DNA from: an uncultured Planctomycetota bacterium | GTDB lineage: Bacteria > Planctomycetota > Planctomycetia > Isosphaerales > Isosphaeraceae | Assembly (NCBI GenBank): GCA_963823665.1 | Contig: CAWGMQ010000006.1 | Span: forward strand, 1,762,597 to 1,826,596 | Length of the DNA: 64,000 bases | Direction of reading: 5' to 3' | Shown here: in pieces, positions 11,985-23,271 of the stretch | Position numbering within the stretch: position 1 is the first letter of the stretch | How the letters are laid out: every line of letters begins with the position of its first letter | Made by a program: the position numbers and the translations under genes | Notes under the pieces: model-generated | The model's input: only the letters and a program-made list of their open reading frames with translations | What the model was told of the DNA's origin: nothing | Database searches by the model: none

Positions 11985-12920
11985 TTGAGAACGGTCATTA
12001 CCGGCGGCGCGGGGTTCATCGGCTCGCACCTTTGCGAGCGTTTCCTCGACGATGGCAGCGAAGTCATCTGCGTTGACAATCTGCTCACCGGCACGCGGCG
12101 CAACATCGCGGCGCTCGTGGATAAGCCCGGATTCCGCTTCATCGAGCACAACGTTTCCGAGCCTATCGAGATCGACGGGCCGATCGACAACGTTCTGCAT
12201 TTCGCCAGCCCTGCGAGCCCGGTAGACTACCTGACGCACCCGATTCCGACCCTCAAGGTCGGCTCGCTGGGCACGCATAACGCGCTGGGCCTTGCCAAGG
12301 CCAAGGATGCGCGGTTCCTGCTGGCCAGCACCTCCGAGGTCTACGGCGACCCCGAGGTCCACCCCCAGCGAGAGGATTACTGGGGGAATGTGAATCCCAT
12401 TGGTCCGCGGGGGTGCTACGATGAGGCCAAACGGTTTGCCGAGGCCATCACGATGGCGTATCACCGCTATCACGGCGTCAAGACGCGGATCGTGCGGATC
12501 TTCAACACCTACGGGCCGCGAATGCGCTTGAATGACGGCCGGGTGCTACCCAATTTCATGAAGCAAGCGCTTACGGGCGAGCCGATCACGATTTATGGCC
12601 AAGGGCAGCAGACGCGCAGCTTCTGCTATGTTTCGGATCTGGTGGAGGGGATCGTCCGCTTGCTCTACACCGAGTTTGCCGAGCCGGTCAACCTGGGAAA
12701 TCCCAACGAGATCACGGTGATGCAGCTCGCCGAGGAAATCATCAGCCTGGTCGAGGGGACGAAGAGCAAAGTCATCCACGAAGGCCTGCCGGAAGACGAC
12801 CCCAAGCGGCGCAAGCCGGACATCACCCGCGCCAAGACCTTGCTGGGGGGCTGGGAGCCAGTTGTCGATCGCGCGGAGGGGCTCAAACGGGCACTGGAGT
12901 ATTTTCGGGGGGTAGTTTGA
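11985..12920 (+). CDS. UDP-glucuronic acid decarboxylase family (extended SDR)
   Basis: '[11 protein letters not shown]', 'HFASPASP', '[10 protein letters not shown]', 'YDEAKR', 'RIFNTYGP'. TTG start with AGGAGG RBS at 11972-11977. Confidence 0.92.
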   Translation: MRTVITGGAGFIGSHLCERFLDDGSEVICVDNLLTGTRRNIAALVDKPGFRFIEHNVSEPIEIDGPIDNVLHFASPASPVDYLTHPIPTLKVGSLGTHNALGLAKAKDARFLLASTSEVYGDPEVHPQREDYWGNVNPIGPRGCYDEAKRFAEAITMAYHRYHGVKTRIVRIFNTYGPRMRLNDGRVLPNFMKQALTGEPITIYGQGQQTRSFCYVSDLVEGIVRLLYTEFAEPVNLGNPNEITVMQLAEEIISLVEGTKSKVIHEGLPEDDPKRRKPDITRAKTLLGGWEPVVDRAEGLKRALEYFRGVV

Positions 12921-13023
12921 CCTTCGGTCGCGCTGAGTGCGGAGATGCGGGCGTTCGCCCGATAGTCATGCGCACTTCAAGCTGCTAATCTGGTGTGAAG
13001 CGGCTATTCATCAAAGGACAACA

Positions 13024-13269
13024 ATGGCCACACCAGAACAGCTTCGAGCGTTGATCACCGCACAACCATTTGAGCCGTTCCTGATCCGGATGGCCGGTGG
13101 CCGAGTGTTCACGGTGCGCCATCCCGAGAACGCGGCGTGCGATCTTCTCGGCCGGGCGCTCGTTGTGCTTGATCACGACGGTATTCACCAAGGCGAGATG
13201 CTCCTGGTCGAGGTAATGGAACCGGCGGGTACGACGGCCGGGCGCGAGGGAAACGGCGCGGAAGGGTGA
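13024..13269 (+). CDS. Small hypothetical protein
   Basis: 'MATPEQLRALITAQPFEPFLIRMAGGRVFTVRHPE', a pattern seen in small planctomycete proteins; AAGGA RBS. Confidence 0.65.
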   Translation: MATPEQLRALITAQPFEPFLIRMAGGRVFTVRHPENAACDLLGRALVVLDHDGIHQGEMLLVEVMEPAGTTAGREGNGAEG

Positions 13270-13467
13270 AACGGGGCTGCGCCCGCCATTTTGCGCTCGG
13301 CGTAGCCTATCCTCTTAATGAGTGGTCTAATCGAACGAGACCGGGTGATTCCGCCGTGGTTTCTGTTCGTGCAGGACCATTCATTTTTGACGACGTGACG
13401 CTTCTCGCGTTCAGATCGCGATCTCTTAAGCATACACCTTTCGCGTCATCATCCAGGAGATACTTCG

Positions 13468-16331
13468 ATGAGCTCGAGGAGTTTGCGCGGATTTCGTCGC
13501 CGGCGGGTGAGGGAGGCACAGAACGCGCGGCCGGGAATCGATCAGCTCGAATCGCGATCCCTCCTGAGCACGACCGTTGTCCATCCCACGTTTCTGCTCG
13601 CCCCCAAATCCGGCCCAGGGGGGGCGCCGGGGGTGGGTTCTCGCCGGCGCAGATCGAGCAAGCTTACGGATTCAGCAGTATCTCGTTCAACGGCACGGCC
13701 GGTACCGGCAAGGGTGAGACGATTGCGATCGTCGACGCCTACAATGACCCGAACATCCAGTCCGACCTGAACACGTTCGATAACGAGTTCGGGTTGCCCG
13801 CCACGACGGTCATCCGGGTCAACGAAAACGGTGGGGCGAGCTATCCCTCGAGCGATCCCACTGGCGGCTGGGAGCTTGAGGAATCGCTCGATGTGGAGTG
13901 GGCCCACGCGATTGCGCCGCAGGCGACCATCATGCTGGTCGAGGCCAGCTCGGCGAACGATACCGACCTGCTCGCGGCCGTCCAGTATGCGGCGTCCCGT
14001 GCGAACGTCGTGTCGATGAGCTGGGGCGGGAACGAGTTTTCGGGCGAGCAGGCGTATGACAGCGCCGATTTTGCTCACCCCGGTGTCGTGTACGTCGCGT
14101 CCGCCGGCGACTCCGGTGCGCCTGCGGAATGGCCGGCGGCTTCATCGAATGTGCTGTCGGTCGGCGGCACGGCGCTTTCACTGGGCACTGCGAACGCCTG
14201 GTTGAGCGAAACCGGCTGGAGCGACGGAGGCGGGGGCCCGAGCGCGTATGAAGCGCAGCCGTCATACCAGGCGGGTGTGGTCACGCAAACGTCGACGGCG
14301 CGGGCGACGCCGGACGTTGCCTATGACGCGTCGCCCTCGACGGGGGTCGGCGTCTACGACTCTGTGCCCTACGAGGGAGAGTCGCTTGGCTGGATCGAGG
14401 TTGGCGGCACCAGCGCGGGGGCGCCCCAGTGGTCGGCCCTGCTGGCGATCGCGGATCAGGGACGAGCCTTGAACAGCCAGTCGCCGCTCAATAGCGGCGG
14501 TCCGCAGCAGGTCATGACCACGCTGTACAAGAACCCGGCTGATTTTCACGACATCACGACTGGCACCAGCGTCGGCAGCCCCAGATATTCGGCCGGGCCG
14601 GGCTACGACTATGTCACCGGCATGGGCTCTCCAATCGCGAATCTCGTGGTCGGCTCGCTCGTGGGCAGCAATTCGACCGCATCCAATGACACGCTCGTTC
14701 TCTTCGCTTCTCCGAGCGAGACCGCGGGCCAGTCGTTCAGCCTCACGGTCACCGCAAAGAACTCGAGCGGGGCCACCGACACCGGGTATACCGGCACGAT
14801 TGGGTTCTCGAGCAGCGACGTGCAGGCCGGCCTGCCGGCCAACTTCAAGTTCTCGGCTGCCAATGATGGCACGTATACCTTCACGGTGACGCTCAAGACC
14901 GCAGGCAGCCAGTCGATCACCGCGACGGACACAACAACGGCGGCGATCACCGGCACGCTGACCGGGATCAACGTCAGCCCGGCCCAAGCCAGCTCGTTCA
15001 CGATTTCGGGACTTCCCTCGACCGCAACCGCCGGTGCGGCTGAGTCGTTCACGGTCACCGCATATGATCCCTATGGCAATGTGGCAAGTGGGTACACCGG
15101 CACGGTGCAGTTCTCGAGCAGCGATACAGCCGCCAGCCTGCCCTCGAGTTATCCGTTCACGTCCGCCAATGGAGGGACGCATACGTTCTCGCTCACGTTC
15201 GAGACCGCCGGCACGCAGTCGCTGACGGTGACGGACACGGCCTCGCACCTCACCGCGACCCAGTCGGGAATCAGCGTCGCACCGGCCGCCCCGACGGACC
15301 TGGTTGCGAGTGCGGCCTCGACGAGCCAGATCAATCTCACGTGGACAGCCTCGAACGGCGCCACGGGTTACTTGATCCAGCAAAGTCTCACCGGCAACTC
15401 CGGGTGGACGCAGGTTGGAAGCACGTCGGGTGGGACGACGTCGTTCCCGGAGACCGGCCTCGCCGCGGGAACGACCTATTACTACCGCGTCGCGGCCACA
15501 CTTGGCAGCACGGATTCACCGTACAGCAACGTGGCGAATGCGACGACAACCGGCACCACTCCGGTGACGACGGCCAGTAGCATCTGGAATAACTCATACG
15601 TCCCGAACGAGAACGCCTACAGTTACGGGAACTACGAGGTGGGTGTGAAGTTCACCTCGAGCGTGACCGGCTTGGCGACCGGGGTCCGCTTCTACAAACA
15701 GACGTTCATGGGCGGGTATCTGCACGTCGGGCATCTCTGGTCGTCAACGGGGGCTTTGCTGGCGACCGCGACGTTCACGAACGAGTCAGCCAGCGGCTGG
15801 CAGCAGGTGAGCTTCGCGAGCCCGGTGGTGATCAAGGCCAATACGGTCTATGTGGTTTCATTCTCGACGGGAGGCGGATATTTCGGAATCAGCACTGGCT
15901 TCTTCAACGCCGGTGGCGTGACGAACGGGTCGCTCGAGGCGTTGCCCGGCAATGTTTCCGGAGGCGACGGGGTGTACAACCGCGGCGGCGCGTTTCCAGC
16001 GGTGAACGCCAACGGGATGAACTTCTGGGCCGATGTCGCCTTCACGCCGTCGTCCGGCGGCGGTCAGGCGCCGGCAGCTTCCTTGCCGGGTTCGCATTCG
16101 CTTGCGACGGCCGCTCTCGGTATGGGCACGTTGACGACCGGTCAGTCGAGCCGCTCACTGACGGCGCTCTTGGCGGCCACGCCGGCAGGGCCTGCCGGCT
16201 ACTTCGCAGGGTCGCGCGGAGCGACGCCCAGCTTCACCGGCTCGACGTTCTCTCGCGGCGTGGTCGCGCAGGCGGTGACGAAGGTTGGTACGCTCAAGGA
16301 TCCTTCGTTGCGGTCGGGTCTGGGTTTGTGA
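13468..16331 (+). CDS. Secreted S53 (sedolisin) peptidase with Ig-like, FN3 and DUF4082-like domains; frameshift in the G-run near 13620
   Basis: Leader 'LESRSLLS' in ORF 13468. Catalytic motifs 'EESLDVEW', 'SAGDSG', 'GGTSAGAP', 'GYDYVTGMGSP'. FN3 'APTDLVA...INLTW...TYYYRV'. C-terminal 'EVGVKF...GVRFYK...SGWQQVSF...WADVAF'. Confidence 0.88.
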
Positions 16332-16365
16332 GTCCGGTCGGGTGGTGATGCGTGCCTTCTCGGTG

Positions 16366-17559
16366 TTAACTTGCTCGCGGCGCTCGCTTCCAGGCGCGCC
16401 GGATGCTCAGGCCGCCCACAATCAATGCGAAAAACGCCAGCGTGCTCGGCTCGGGCAGGCTCGTGATCATGGCCAGCGGCGCCTCGCCGGGTGGGGTCAG
16501 CAGGTAGTCTTGCATTTGTCCGCCCGGAGTCGTGCCGCCATAGGCAACGATCTGGCCCAGGTTGTTGATGCTTGACGCGCCAAAAAGCGTGATACCCGAT
16601 AGTGAAGCCGGCAACACGCTGTTGAGGTCTGTCATCGTGCCGTTCTGATAGAGGAACGCGTGAATTGCGCCGGTTGATGTCGCAGACTCACCGACGATGG
16701 CACCGCTGTCGTTGATGGCTTGGGCCGAGCTGCCGCCCCCCAGAGTTCCGATCGTTTTCCAGATTCCGTTCGAGTACATTGCGGCGATCTGCTGTGGACC
16801 GGTGGTGAACGCGGTGCCCGCCACCTGGCCGCTGTTATTGATGGCGGTGGCTTCAACGCCGCCCGGAAAGCTCTGATTTTGCAGGCTCACGAAGTGCCCG
16901 TTGATGTAAAGGGCGGGCGGGTTGCCCTGGTTGTCCATCACCACGATCTGGCCGGAATTGTTCATGGCGACGGACGTGATCCCGTGTGGGATGGCGCTGG
17001 CATAAACGTTGGTGCTTGCCGGTGGGAGACCGAGGTTGGTCACAGCGCCCTGGTTGTAGGTGCCCAGGTTGTTGCCGAAAGCGTTCGGCTGAGTGACCCC
17101 AGGCGGTACGACCGCGCCTGCGACTGTGCCCGCGTCGTTGATTGCCAGACCGCCGGCCGACACGGGGACGCCCGCTGCCACCGGGAAGATGCCGGTTTCG
17201 GTCTGTATGCCGGCGGCCGTCGTGAGGTTGGTCGTCTGGCCATTGCTGTAAAGGAAGGTTGCCACACCTGAGGAACTGGCGTAGGCCCCGACGACCTGAC
17301 CCGAGTCGTTGAGTCCAAGCGGGTTGATGGCCGTTGCGCCGGGAATGTTAATTGGCGTGCCCTGCCCCGCGTTTGGCCCGTAACCGTTGATTAGATAGGC
17401 CCCGTTGTAGGCGGGAACGACGTACTGCCCCTGGTTGTTGAGCAAAACGCCGGTAGTATCGAAATTGACGGGCGTTACCGAATAGAGCGCGTCGGCGAAG
17501 CCCGTTTGTGTCGATGCGAGAACGAGAAGAATCGACGAAATCACACAGAGCTGCTTCAT
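16366..17559 (-). CDS. PEP-CTERM secreted protein with HAF-type repeats
   Basis: Signal peptide, repeated 'AINxxGQ(V/I)VG', 'HAFLYQNGTMTDL', C-terminal 'LPEPSTL' plus TM segment and basic tail. Confidence 0.85.
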   Translation of the reverse strand: MKQLCVISSILLVLASTQTGFADALYSVTPVNFDTTGVLLNNQGQYVVPAYNGAYLINGYGPNAGQGTPINIPGATAINPLGLNDSGQVVGAYASSSGVATFLYSNGQTTNLTTAAGIQTETGIFPVAAGVPVSAGGLAINDAGTVAGAVVPPGVTQPNAFGNNLGTYNQGAVTNLGLPPASTNVYASAIPHGITSVAMNNSGQIVVMDNQGNPPALYINGHFVSLQNQSFPGGVEATAINNSGQVAGTAFTTGPQQIAAMYSNGIWKTIGTLGGGSSAQAINDSGAIVGESATSTGAIHAFLYQNGTMTDLNSVLPASLSGITLFGASSINNLGQIVAYGGTTPGGQMQDYLLTPPGEAPLAMITSLPEPSTLAFFALIVGGLSIRRAWKRAPRAS

Positions 17560-17804
17560 CGACGACTCCTGATCGAATCCGGCGACGGGAACTGCGACGA
17601 TCGCACGCTGAACTTTGCGCGGCCGGTATTCTGGGAAAGATCGCAAGAATCGTCAAGTGCGGTCAGGATCTCGCAAGTGGTCGGCCGGATCAGATGATCC
17701 TCTGCCGAGAGAGCATTCTTGGATACGCGGTGACAAACCGTGGCAGACACGTATCTGGGACTTTTTCTGGCCGATCGGGGTTGCCGGACACAACTGGGCA
17801 TGAA

Positions 17805-18077
17805 TCACGAAGCAGGCTGTTTCGTCGAGCTTGCGGATGCCACAGCTTCATCGAAGTCGTCGCTCTTCATCACCCCGGTCGCATCAAGCATCATGCGCAC
17901 CGCGATCAAGTGATGGGGCAGGACAATTTGGTTGGATCGATAGATCGGAATGGCGAACTCGGCACCGGATGAGGCATGCGCAAAGAAAGTGTACTTCTTG
18001 GGCGTGATCGTCTCAGCGAAGCCCAGATCCAACAACAATTTCCGAAGCTGCGCGAAATTGATTCTCGGATTAGACAT
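17805..18077 (-). CDS. Small protein, possibly HicA-like fold
   Basis: 'FAQLRKLLLDLGF...TFFAH...IP' resembles HicA layout but lacks the GSH motif. Confidence 0.45.
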   Translation of the reverse strand: MSNPRINFAQLRKLLLDLGFAETITPKKYTFFAHASSGAEFAIPIYRSNQIVLPHHLIAVRMMLDATGVMKSDDFDEAVASASSTKQPAS

Positions 18078-18116
18078 GCTCGGAACCCCCGCGGCGAATT
18101 CGTTTTTCGATGCCAC

Positions 18117-19011
18117 TCATGGTCGCCCCCAGCCACCGAGGCTGGAAAGCACCGCATGAACCAGGAGCCTCGTGACCCCGGCCAGAAACTCGTAATCAAG
18201 CGTCTCCGGCGTGTCGGTCGGGCGGTGGTAGTGCGGGTTGCGGAACTCGGCGGTGTCGGTCCACATGAGCGCCGGAATACCCGCACGCCAGAACGGGGCA
18301 TGGTCGCTGCGGAGCACATGATGCGAGATCCGCCCGATCATCTCCAGCGGCACGTCAGGTAAGAAGAGGCCCTGAACCGGGACGGCATGGCAATCGGCCG
18401 TGGCCAGGACATGTTCCAGGATGCGCCGAGACCCAGATGTCCCGACGAGCGCGAGGAAATCGCCGACCGTCGGCGCCTGAATCAGGGGTACGGGATTGCG
18501 CTGCGAGCCCGGTTGCCGGCTGGCAAAGCCGACCATCTCCAGGATGTGGACCTCCTCCGGGCGATGCTGGCCGAGCCCGGCGACGTGCGCCCGGCTACCC
18601 AGGAACCCGCATTCTTCACCGTCGAAAGCAACGAAGCAGACTTCTTCGTTGGAGACCGATCGCGCGGGCCGCTCCGATCACGGCCGACACGGCGCTGGCG
18701 TTGTCGTCAGCCCCTGGCGTGCCGGGGACCGAGTCGTAGTGTGCCCCGATCAGGATTCTGGCTCGGCGGGGGTCGCCGACGACCACGTTACGCGCTTCGT
18801 CGACCTTCACGCGCCCGCGGCCGGCTTCGGACTCCGAGAATAATTCGATCAAAGACCGTCGGACCGCGAAGTTTTCGGGCGTACCGGTGGGACGCGGGAC
18901 GCTGATTTGTTCGACGATCTGCCTCAGATCATTTGGGGCGATGGCGGCGAGGCGGCCCGATATGGACTCGGGCAGCGGCTTCGAGCCCGGACTGGACGCC
19001 ACAAGTTGCAT
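18117..19011 (-). CDS. M28 family peptidase; frameshift near 18650
   Basis: 'IGAHYDSVPGTPGADDNASA', 'FDGEE' (read by hand in the shifted frame), 'LEMVG', 'RSDHAPFW', 'NPHYHRPTDT'. Confidence 0.85.
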
Positions 19012-19186
19012 TGTGATAATCCCTGGGAACCACGATTCAACGACCGGAGACCCACCAGGACCGTAACTCATGGCGATTGCCCAAGCCACCCAGGAGTCTC
19101 GCCGCGCCGGTCTTTGTGGTCGCCAGGTGCAACTCGCTATCAGACGTTATCGCCTGATATGTTTTCATCCCGTTGATCTGGCATCA

Positions 19187-19477
19187 CTACAAGCTCTCCA
19201 CATAATCCTTGGCTTCCTTGAGCCCGGCCCCGGTTTGCGCTCGGTACAATTTGATCGCCTCGATCTTCCGGCCGGCCTTCACGCGCTCCATCACTTCCGG
19301 ATTCACGCCTTGATTGGGATCGAGCCCGAGATGCGCCACGATCAAGTCGACCTTTCGCTCGATCCGGACAAGCCGCCTCCTGGGCTCGCGCCCGAATCCG
19401 GACAAGATCACGCCGAGAACGAATGAGGAAAGCAGCAACACCAGCCAGAATGTCGCGTCCACGGCTTGCTCCGTCAC
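19187..19477 (-). CDS. Small membrane protein with a ribosomal L7/L12 C-terminal-like domain
   Basis: N-terminal TM segment, then 'KIEAIKLYRAQTGAGLKEAKDYVE'. Confidence 0.75.
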   Translation of the reverse strand: MTEQAVDATFWLVLLLSSFVLGVILSGFGREPRRRLVRIERKVDLIVAHLGLDPNQGVNPEVMERVKAGRKIEAIKLYRAQTGAGLKEAKDYVESL

Positions 19478-19780
19478 GTTTGAGTGGGGAAGGAAAGTGC
19501 TTTCACGCGGTACGTTGGCGATTGTCGCCGTCGTTCAATCACCGCGCTCGCGGTCAGCGGGAATGTTTGGAGGGCCGCATCTCACAACGCGAAGCCGCGA
19601 CTCCCAATTGACAGCGATTGTCTCTGTCTGTGTGCTCCTGGTCAAATGAGTGGTATGCTCGGGTGAGGGAGCTGGACCGTGATCCCTGGGGCCGAATCCC
19701 TGCCGATCGGACGCAGAGCACCTGAGAGACTTTGGGCTTTGTCGTCGTAGCGACGAGTGGTCTGGGCTAGGGAATCGTCG

Positions 19781-20020
19781 ATGATCCAAGCGGAAGGGAA
19801 CAGCAGATTTGGTTGGATGCTCGTCATCGGCGGCCTGATCGTTGCCGGGGTTGGGCTTGTCTGGGTGTTGGCACCGAACCTGCCGAGGCTGGGGCGGTTG
19901 CCCGGTGATATCGTGATCGAGCGGGGGAACAGCCGGTTCTACTTCCCGATCGTGACTTGTATCGTGATCAGTGTGCTGCTCACCCTTGCGGGGTGGGTGT
20001 ATCGAAACTTGATGCGGTGA
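19781..20020 (+). CDS. DUF2905 family membrane protein
   Basis: 'LGRLPGDIVIERGNSRFYFPIVTCIVISVLLTL'. Confidence 0.85.
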   Translation: MIQAEGNSRFGWMLVIGGLIVAGVGLVWVLAPNLPRLGRLPGDIVIERGNSRFYFPIVTCIVISVLLTLAGWVYRNLMR

Positions 20021-20047
20021 TGTGTTCTGGGACCGGGAGCTGGACTC

Positions 20048-20984
20048 ATGAACGACCGGCGACGTGGAGCCTTGATCGGCCTTGCTGTGGGTGACGCACT
20101 CGGGGCCGCTGTGGAGTTCAAATCCCCCGGGAGTTTCGCCCCCGTCACCGGCTATCGCGACGGCGGGCCGCATCGGCTGGAGACCTGGAGAGTGGACCGA
20201 CGACACCAGCATGGCGCTGGCATTGGCCGACAGCATCGCCACCGCCGGCTGGGACTTGAACGACCAGGCGGGCCGATACGTTCAATGGTGGAAGACGGGC
20301 AAGTACTCGGTGAACGGCCGATGTTTCGACATCGGCATCACAACGCGGAGTGCGCTCGGCCATTTCGCCGCGAACAGGAGTGCACTCGCATCCGGCGACC
20401 GCTCCGAAGGGGCCAGTGGCAATGGCTCGATCATGCGGTTGGCTCCGGTTCCGATCCGATTCGGGCATCTTTACGCCGATCGGGTTGACGAGCTTGCCAG
20501 GCTCGCCGAGGAATCGAGCTTGCCGACGCATGCCAGCGAACAATGCGTTTCCGCGTGCCGGTATCTGGCGACTGTTCTGGCTGGATTGATGCACGGCGAA
20601 GATCGTGACGAAGTTCTCTCCCCGGACTGGAAGCCTTTGCAAAAGCTCAACGAGATCAAGCCGCTGCATCCGTTGATTCAAGAAATTGCCCGAGGGAGTT
20701 TTCGTCAGAAGCAACCGCCGGCGATTTGCGGATCGGGCTGGGTGGTCAAGAGTCTGGAGGCGGCGTTGTGGGCCTTTCACGACGCCTCGACGTTTGCGGA
20801 AGCTGTCTTGAAGGCCGTTAACCTGGGCGACGACGCGGATACCACTGGAGCCGTCTGCGGGCAACTGGCTGGGGCGTATTGGGGCGAGTCGGGCATTTGC
20901 GAATCGCTGCGAGCGGGTCTGGCACGAATGGATCTGCTCGAGAGCGCGCTCGCGGGGATTGTGGGCGACGAGCGACCGATATGA
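20048..20984 (+). CDS. ADP-ribosylglycohydrolase family protein; frameshift near 20180
   Basis: 'GLAVGDALG', 'WTDDTSMAL', 'GNGSIMRLAP', 'GDDADTTGAV'. Confidence 0.9.
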
Positions 20985-21240
20985 CGATCCTCTTCCTCCA
21001 TGGCTGGCACTCGGTTCCGGGCGGCGTCAAGCCGACGTACCTGAAGGAGCACGGCCACGCGGTGATCAATCCTGCCCTCGACGATGACGATTTTGCGGCG
21101 GCTCTTGCGACTGCGGCTCACCGATCTTTATTTCTCGTGGTGGCTTCGCCCTGGGAAGACGCGGAGTCTTACTTCAGGGGGGGTGAATCGCGCGTACGTC
21201 GTTCATGTTCCGAAGGACCACGATACAAGAACTCCAAAAT
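20981..21240 (+). pseudogene. Fused remnants: alpha/beta hydrolase N-terminus, then a PHB-depolymerase-like esterase fragment
   Basis: 'MTILFLHGWHSVPGGVKPTYL...INPAL' breaks off after about 45 aa. 'SLTSGGVNRAYVVHVP' follows in another frame. Confidence 0.55.
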
Positions 21241-21262
21241 CTGATGAACCGGAGGCGATCCC

Positions 21263-21811
21263 ATGCCTGACGATGGTCTTGAACCGGTCGACATCACGGG
21301 CCGATGGGTCGGGTTCTACCGGCAGCGCTGGGAAGAACCGGCGACTTTCCCGATCGTCGCCGAGATCGAGCAGACCGGCAACTCGATCACGGGAGAGATG
21401 TACGATCAAATCACCGAGCAGTCGGACGACTTCGTCGAGTTCGTAAAGTTGATCGACAAGAGCATCACCAACGAGTCCAGGCGCCGACTGAAGGCGATGA
21501 TCAGCCACTTAGGTCCGAAGAGCGTCAGGAATTCCCGGCTACCGGACACGTCCGACCTCGAGGGAACGGTCAGAGGCACCCAGGTGGAGTTCACGAAGAT
21601 CTATCGAGGGGCGTACGAGGTCACCTGGACCGTGGAAGGGAATCCCGTTGCCTCCGTGCGGCGAGAAGGGCACAAAGTTCGATACTCCGGTCAGCTCGAT
21701 CCGGACGGCGTGTGCATTGCGGGAAAGTGGACCATCAGCCAGCAAGGGGTCTTCGGTTGGTTCTTACCGCCCCAAGCATGGGGGTTCTTCGAGCTTTACA
21801 GGAAGTCTTGA
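21263..21811 (+). CDS. Hypothetical beta-rich protein
   Basis: 182 aa ORF with GGAGG RBS; 'ITGRWVGFY...VEFTKIY...YSG...IAGKW'. Confidence 0.7.
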   Translation: MPDDGLEPVDITGRWVGFYRQRWEEPATFPIVAEIEQTGNSITGEMYDQITEQSDDFVEFVKLIDKSITNESRRRLKAMISHLGPKSVRNSRLPDTSDLEGTVRGTQVEFTKIYRGAYEVTWTVEGNPVASVRREGHKVRYSGQLDPDGVCIAGKWTISQQGVFGWFLPPQAWGFFELYRKS

Positions 21812-21831
21812 GCGTGCGAGGGCGGTTGCTT

Positions 21832-22068
21832 TTATCGCTGGATGATGTTGGATGCGTCATGCCAGTCCATTCCGCACGCGAAACACTGTTTCGCACTGTT
21901 CGCGCGCAGCGGTTTTCCGCAATACGGGCAGGGCTTGCCGATCCGGTTTTTGGTGTCGCCCTGACCCTCCAAGGCTTGGTCAACCCAGCATTTCGCATCA
22001 GCGAGGCCCCAGCCCGTTACTTCCCTCAGGTGCTTGATCGCCGGGATGGTGTGCCCTTGACGTATCAT
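21832..22068 (-). CDS. L7/L12-C-like domain plus Zn-ribbon protein (possibly 5'-truncated)
   Basis: 'IPAIKHLREVTGWGLADAK', 'CPYCG...KQCFACG'. Confidence 0.6.
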   Translation of the reverse strand: MIRQGHTIPAIKHLREVTGWGLADAKCWVDQALEGQGDTKNRIGKPCPYCGKPLRANSAKQCFACGMDWHDASNIIQR

Positions 22069-22164
22069 GGCTGTAACTTCCAGGGCTTCGGATGAGAGCT
22101 TACGCCAGATCTACAAGGCGGCAAAAGGCAGGGTCGAGGAGGATCGCTAGCCAGCGGCGAGGAC

Positions 22165-22659
22165 ATGATGACGATTCGAGACCAAGCCCGTCACTCACTG
22201 GAATTGCTCAACGCCTCCCCGGTCTTCCTCCAAGCCTACGAAGGCCGGCGCCTGCCCGAGGACCTGGATATCTACTTCGGATGCCCCGAGGAGTTCTTTC
22301 TGGCACCCGAGACGCTCCCGGCTTACACCGAGGGCCGCCTGATCCCGATCCTCGACGACGGCAATTTTGGCCTCATCACGTTCTACGACCCCACCAGCGG
22401 GTGCCTCGTTCAGAAAGCCATCGAGTCGCCGCATGAGGTGAGAGCCAGATTCGCCAACTGGCAACAGTACCTGGCCGACCTCATGATCCGGATCGCAGAA
22501 TCGATCGATGACGACGATCGCCTGCGCCGCATGGCTCATCTCATTGACTTCCGTCAATTCGATGAGTTGCTGGCCTTCTTCGATGCCTGCCGGGACCATC
22601 CGCCGGCCGAGGAATACGATCGACGCAAGGCCCGCTTTCTCGACGCCATCCCCGCTTGA
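22165..22659 (+). CDS. Hypothetical protein, weakly SMI1/KNR4 (SUKH)-like
   Basis: GAGGA RBS; 'LIPILDDGNFGLITFYD...FANWQQYL'. Confidence 0.55.
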   Translation: MMTIRDQARHSLELLNASPVFLQAYEGRRLPEDLDIYFGCPEEFFLAPETLPAYTEGRLIPILDDGNFGLITFYDPTSGCLVQKAIESPHEVRARFANWQQYLADLMIRIAESIDDDDRLRRMAHLIDFRQFDELLAFFDACRDHPPAEEYDRRKARFLDAIPA

Positions 22660-22834
22660 CGTCTCAATCTCGAACCGAGATTGATCCACGGACGTGTTGC
22701 GTCCGGAGGGTTTCGTCAGTGGCCAAATGTATCGGATTTTCACTTATTGGATAGGTCAAACAGTCCTATCTCGATAGCCAGAACGATCGCCACCATCGCA
22801 ACGGCGATCATCAGGGACCGCAGCGAAGTGGCCT

Positions 22835-23095
22835 TCAGCGAATACTCCCCAGCTTCTGTTCTCTTGTTATCTCGTACCACAATTCCACCACTGCGTTTTT
22901 GTAAGCTGTCACGTTTTTCAGGTGTAATGCTTGTTCTTGTGTGACACCGTCAAGAAACTGTAGTCCGTCACCCAGAATAATGGGCTTGATCGAAAGTCTT
23001 ATGTCGTCCGCCAGTTTCAATCGAATGAAGTCTCTGGCAAGCATCGCACCTCCGACTAGCCATATATTCTTGAAGTTTGGTCTCAGTCGAAGCTC
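22835..23095 (-). pseudogene. C-terminal fragment of a dihydrofolate-reductase/RibD-C family protein, lower GC
   Basis: 'KNIWLVGGAMLARDF...LADDIRLSIKPIILGDGLQF...VELWYE'. No matching N-terminus. Confidence 0.7.
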
Positions 23096-23271
23096 AGCGT
23101 AACGGCCCTCCCACCGAGCACCACTGATGATCGTGCGCGGCCACGCTCGTTGCAAGAATGCCGCCGGCGACCCGTACGTCAGCAGTCGCCACGGCAGGCG
23201 GAATTTAGAATGGAAAAGTGCCGAGTTGGTGTGTGGCCGGTCGCGGCGATTCTGACAGAGCGAGGAGCGAC

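Noticed and set aside
19187..22068. Ribosomal protein L7/L12 (rplL) genes
   Set aside because: Only the C-terminal-like motif is present, fused to a TM segment or a Zn-ribbon, and outside any ribosomal operon.
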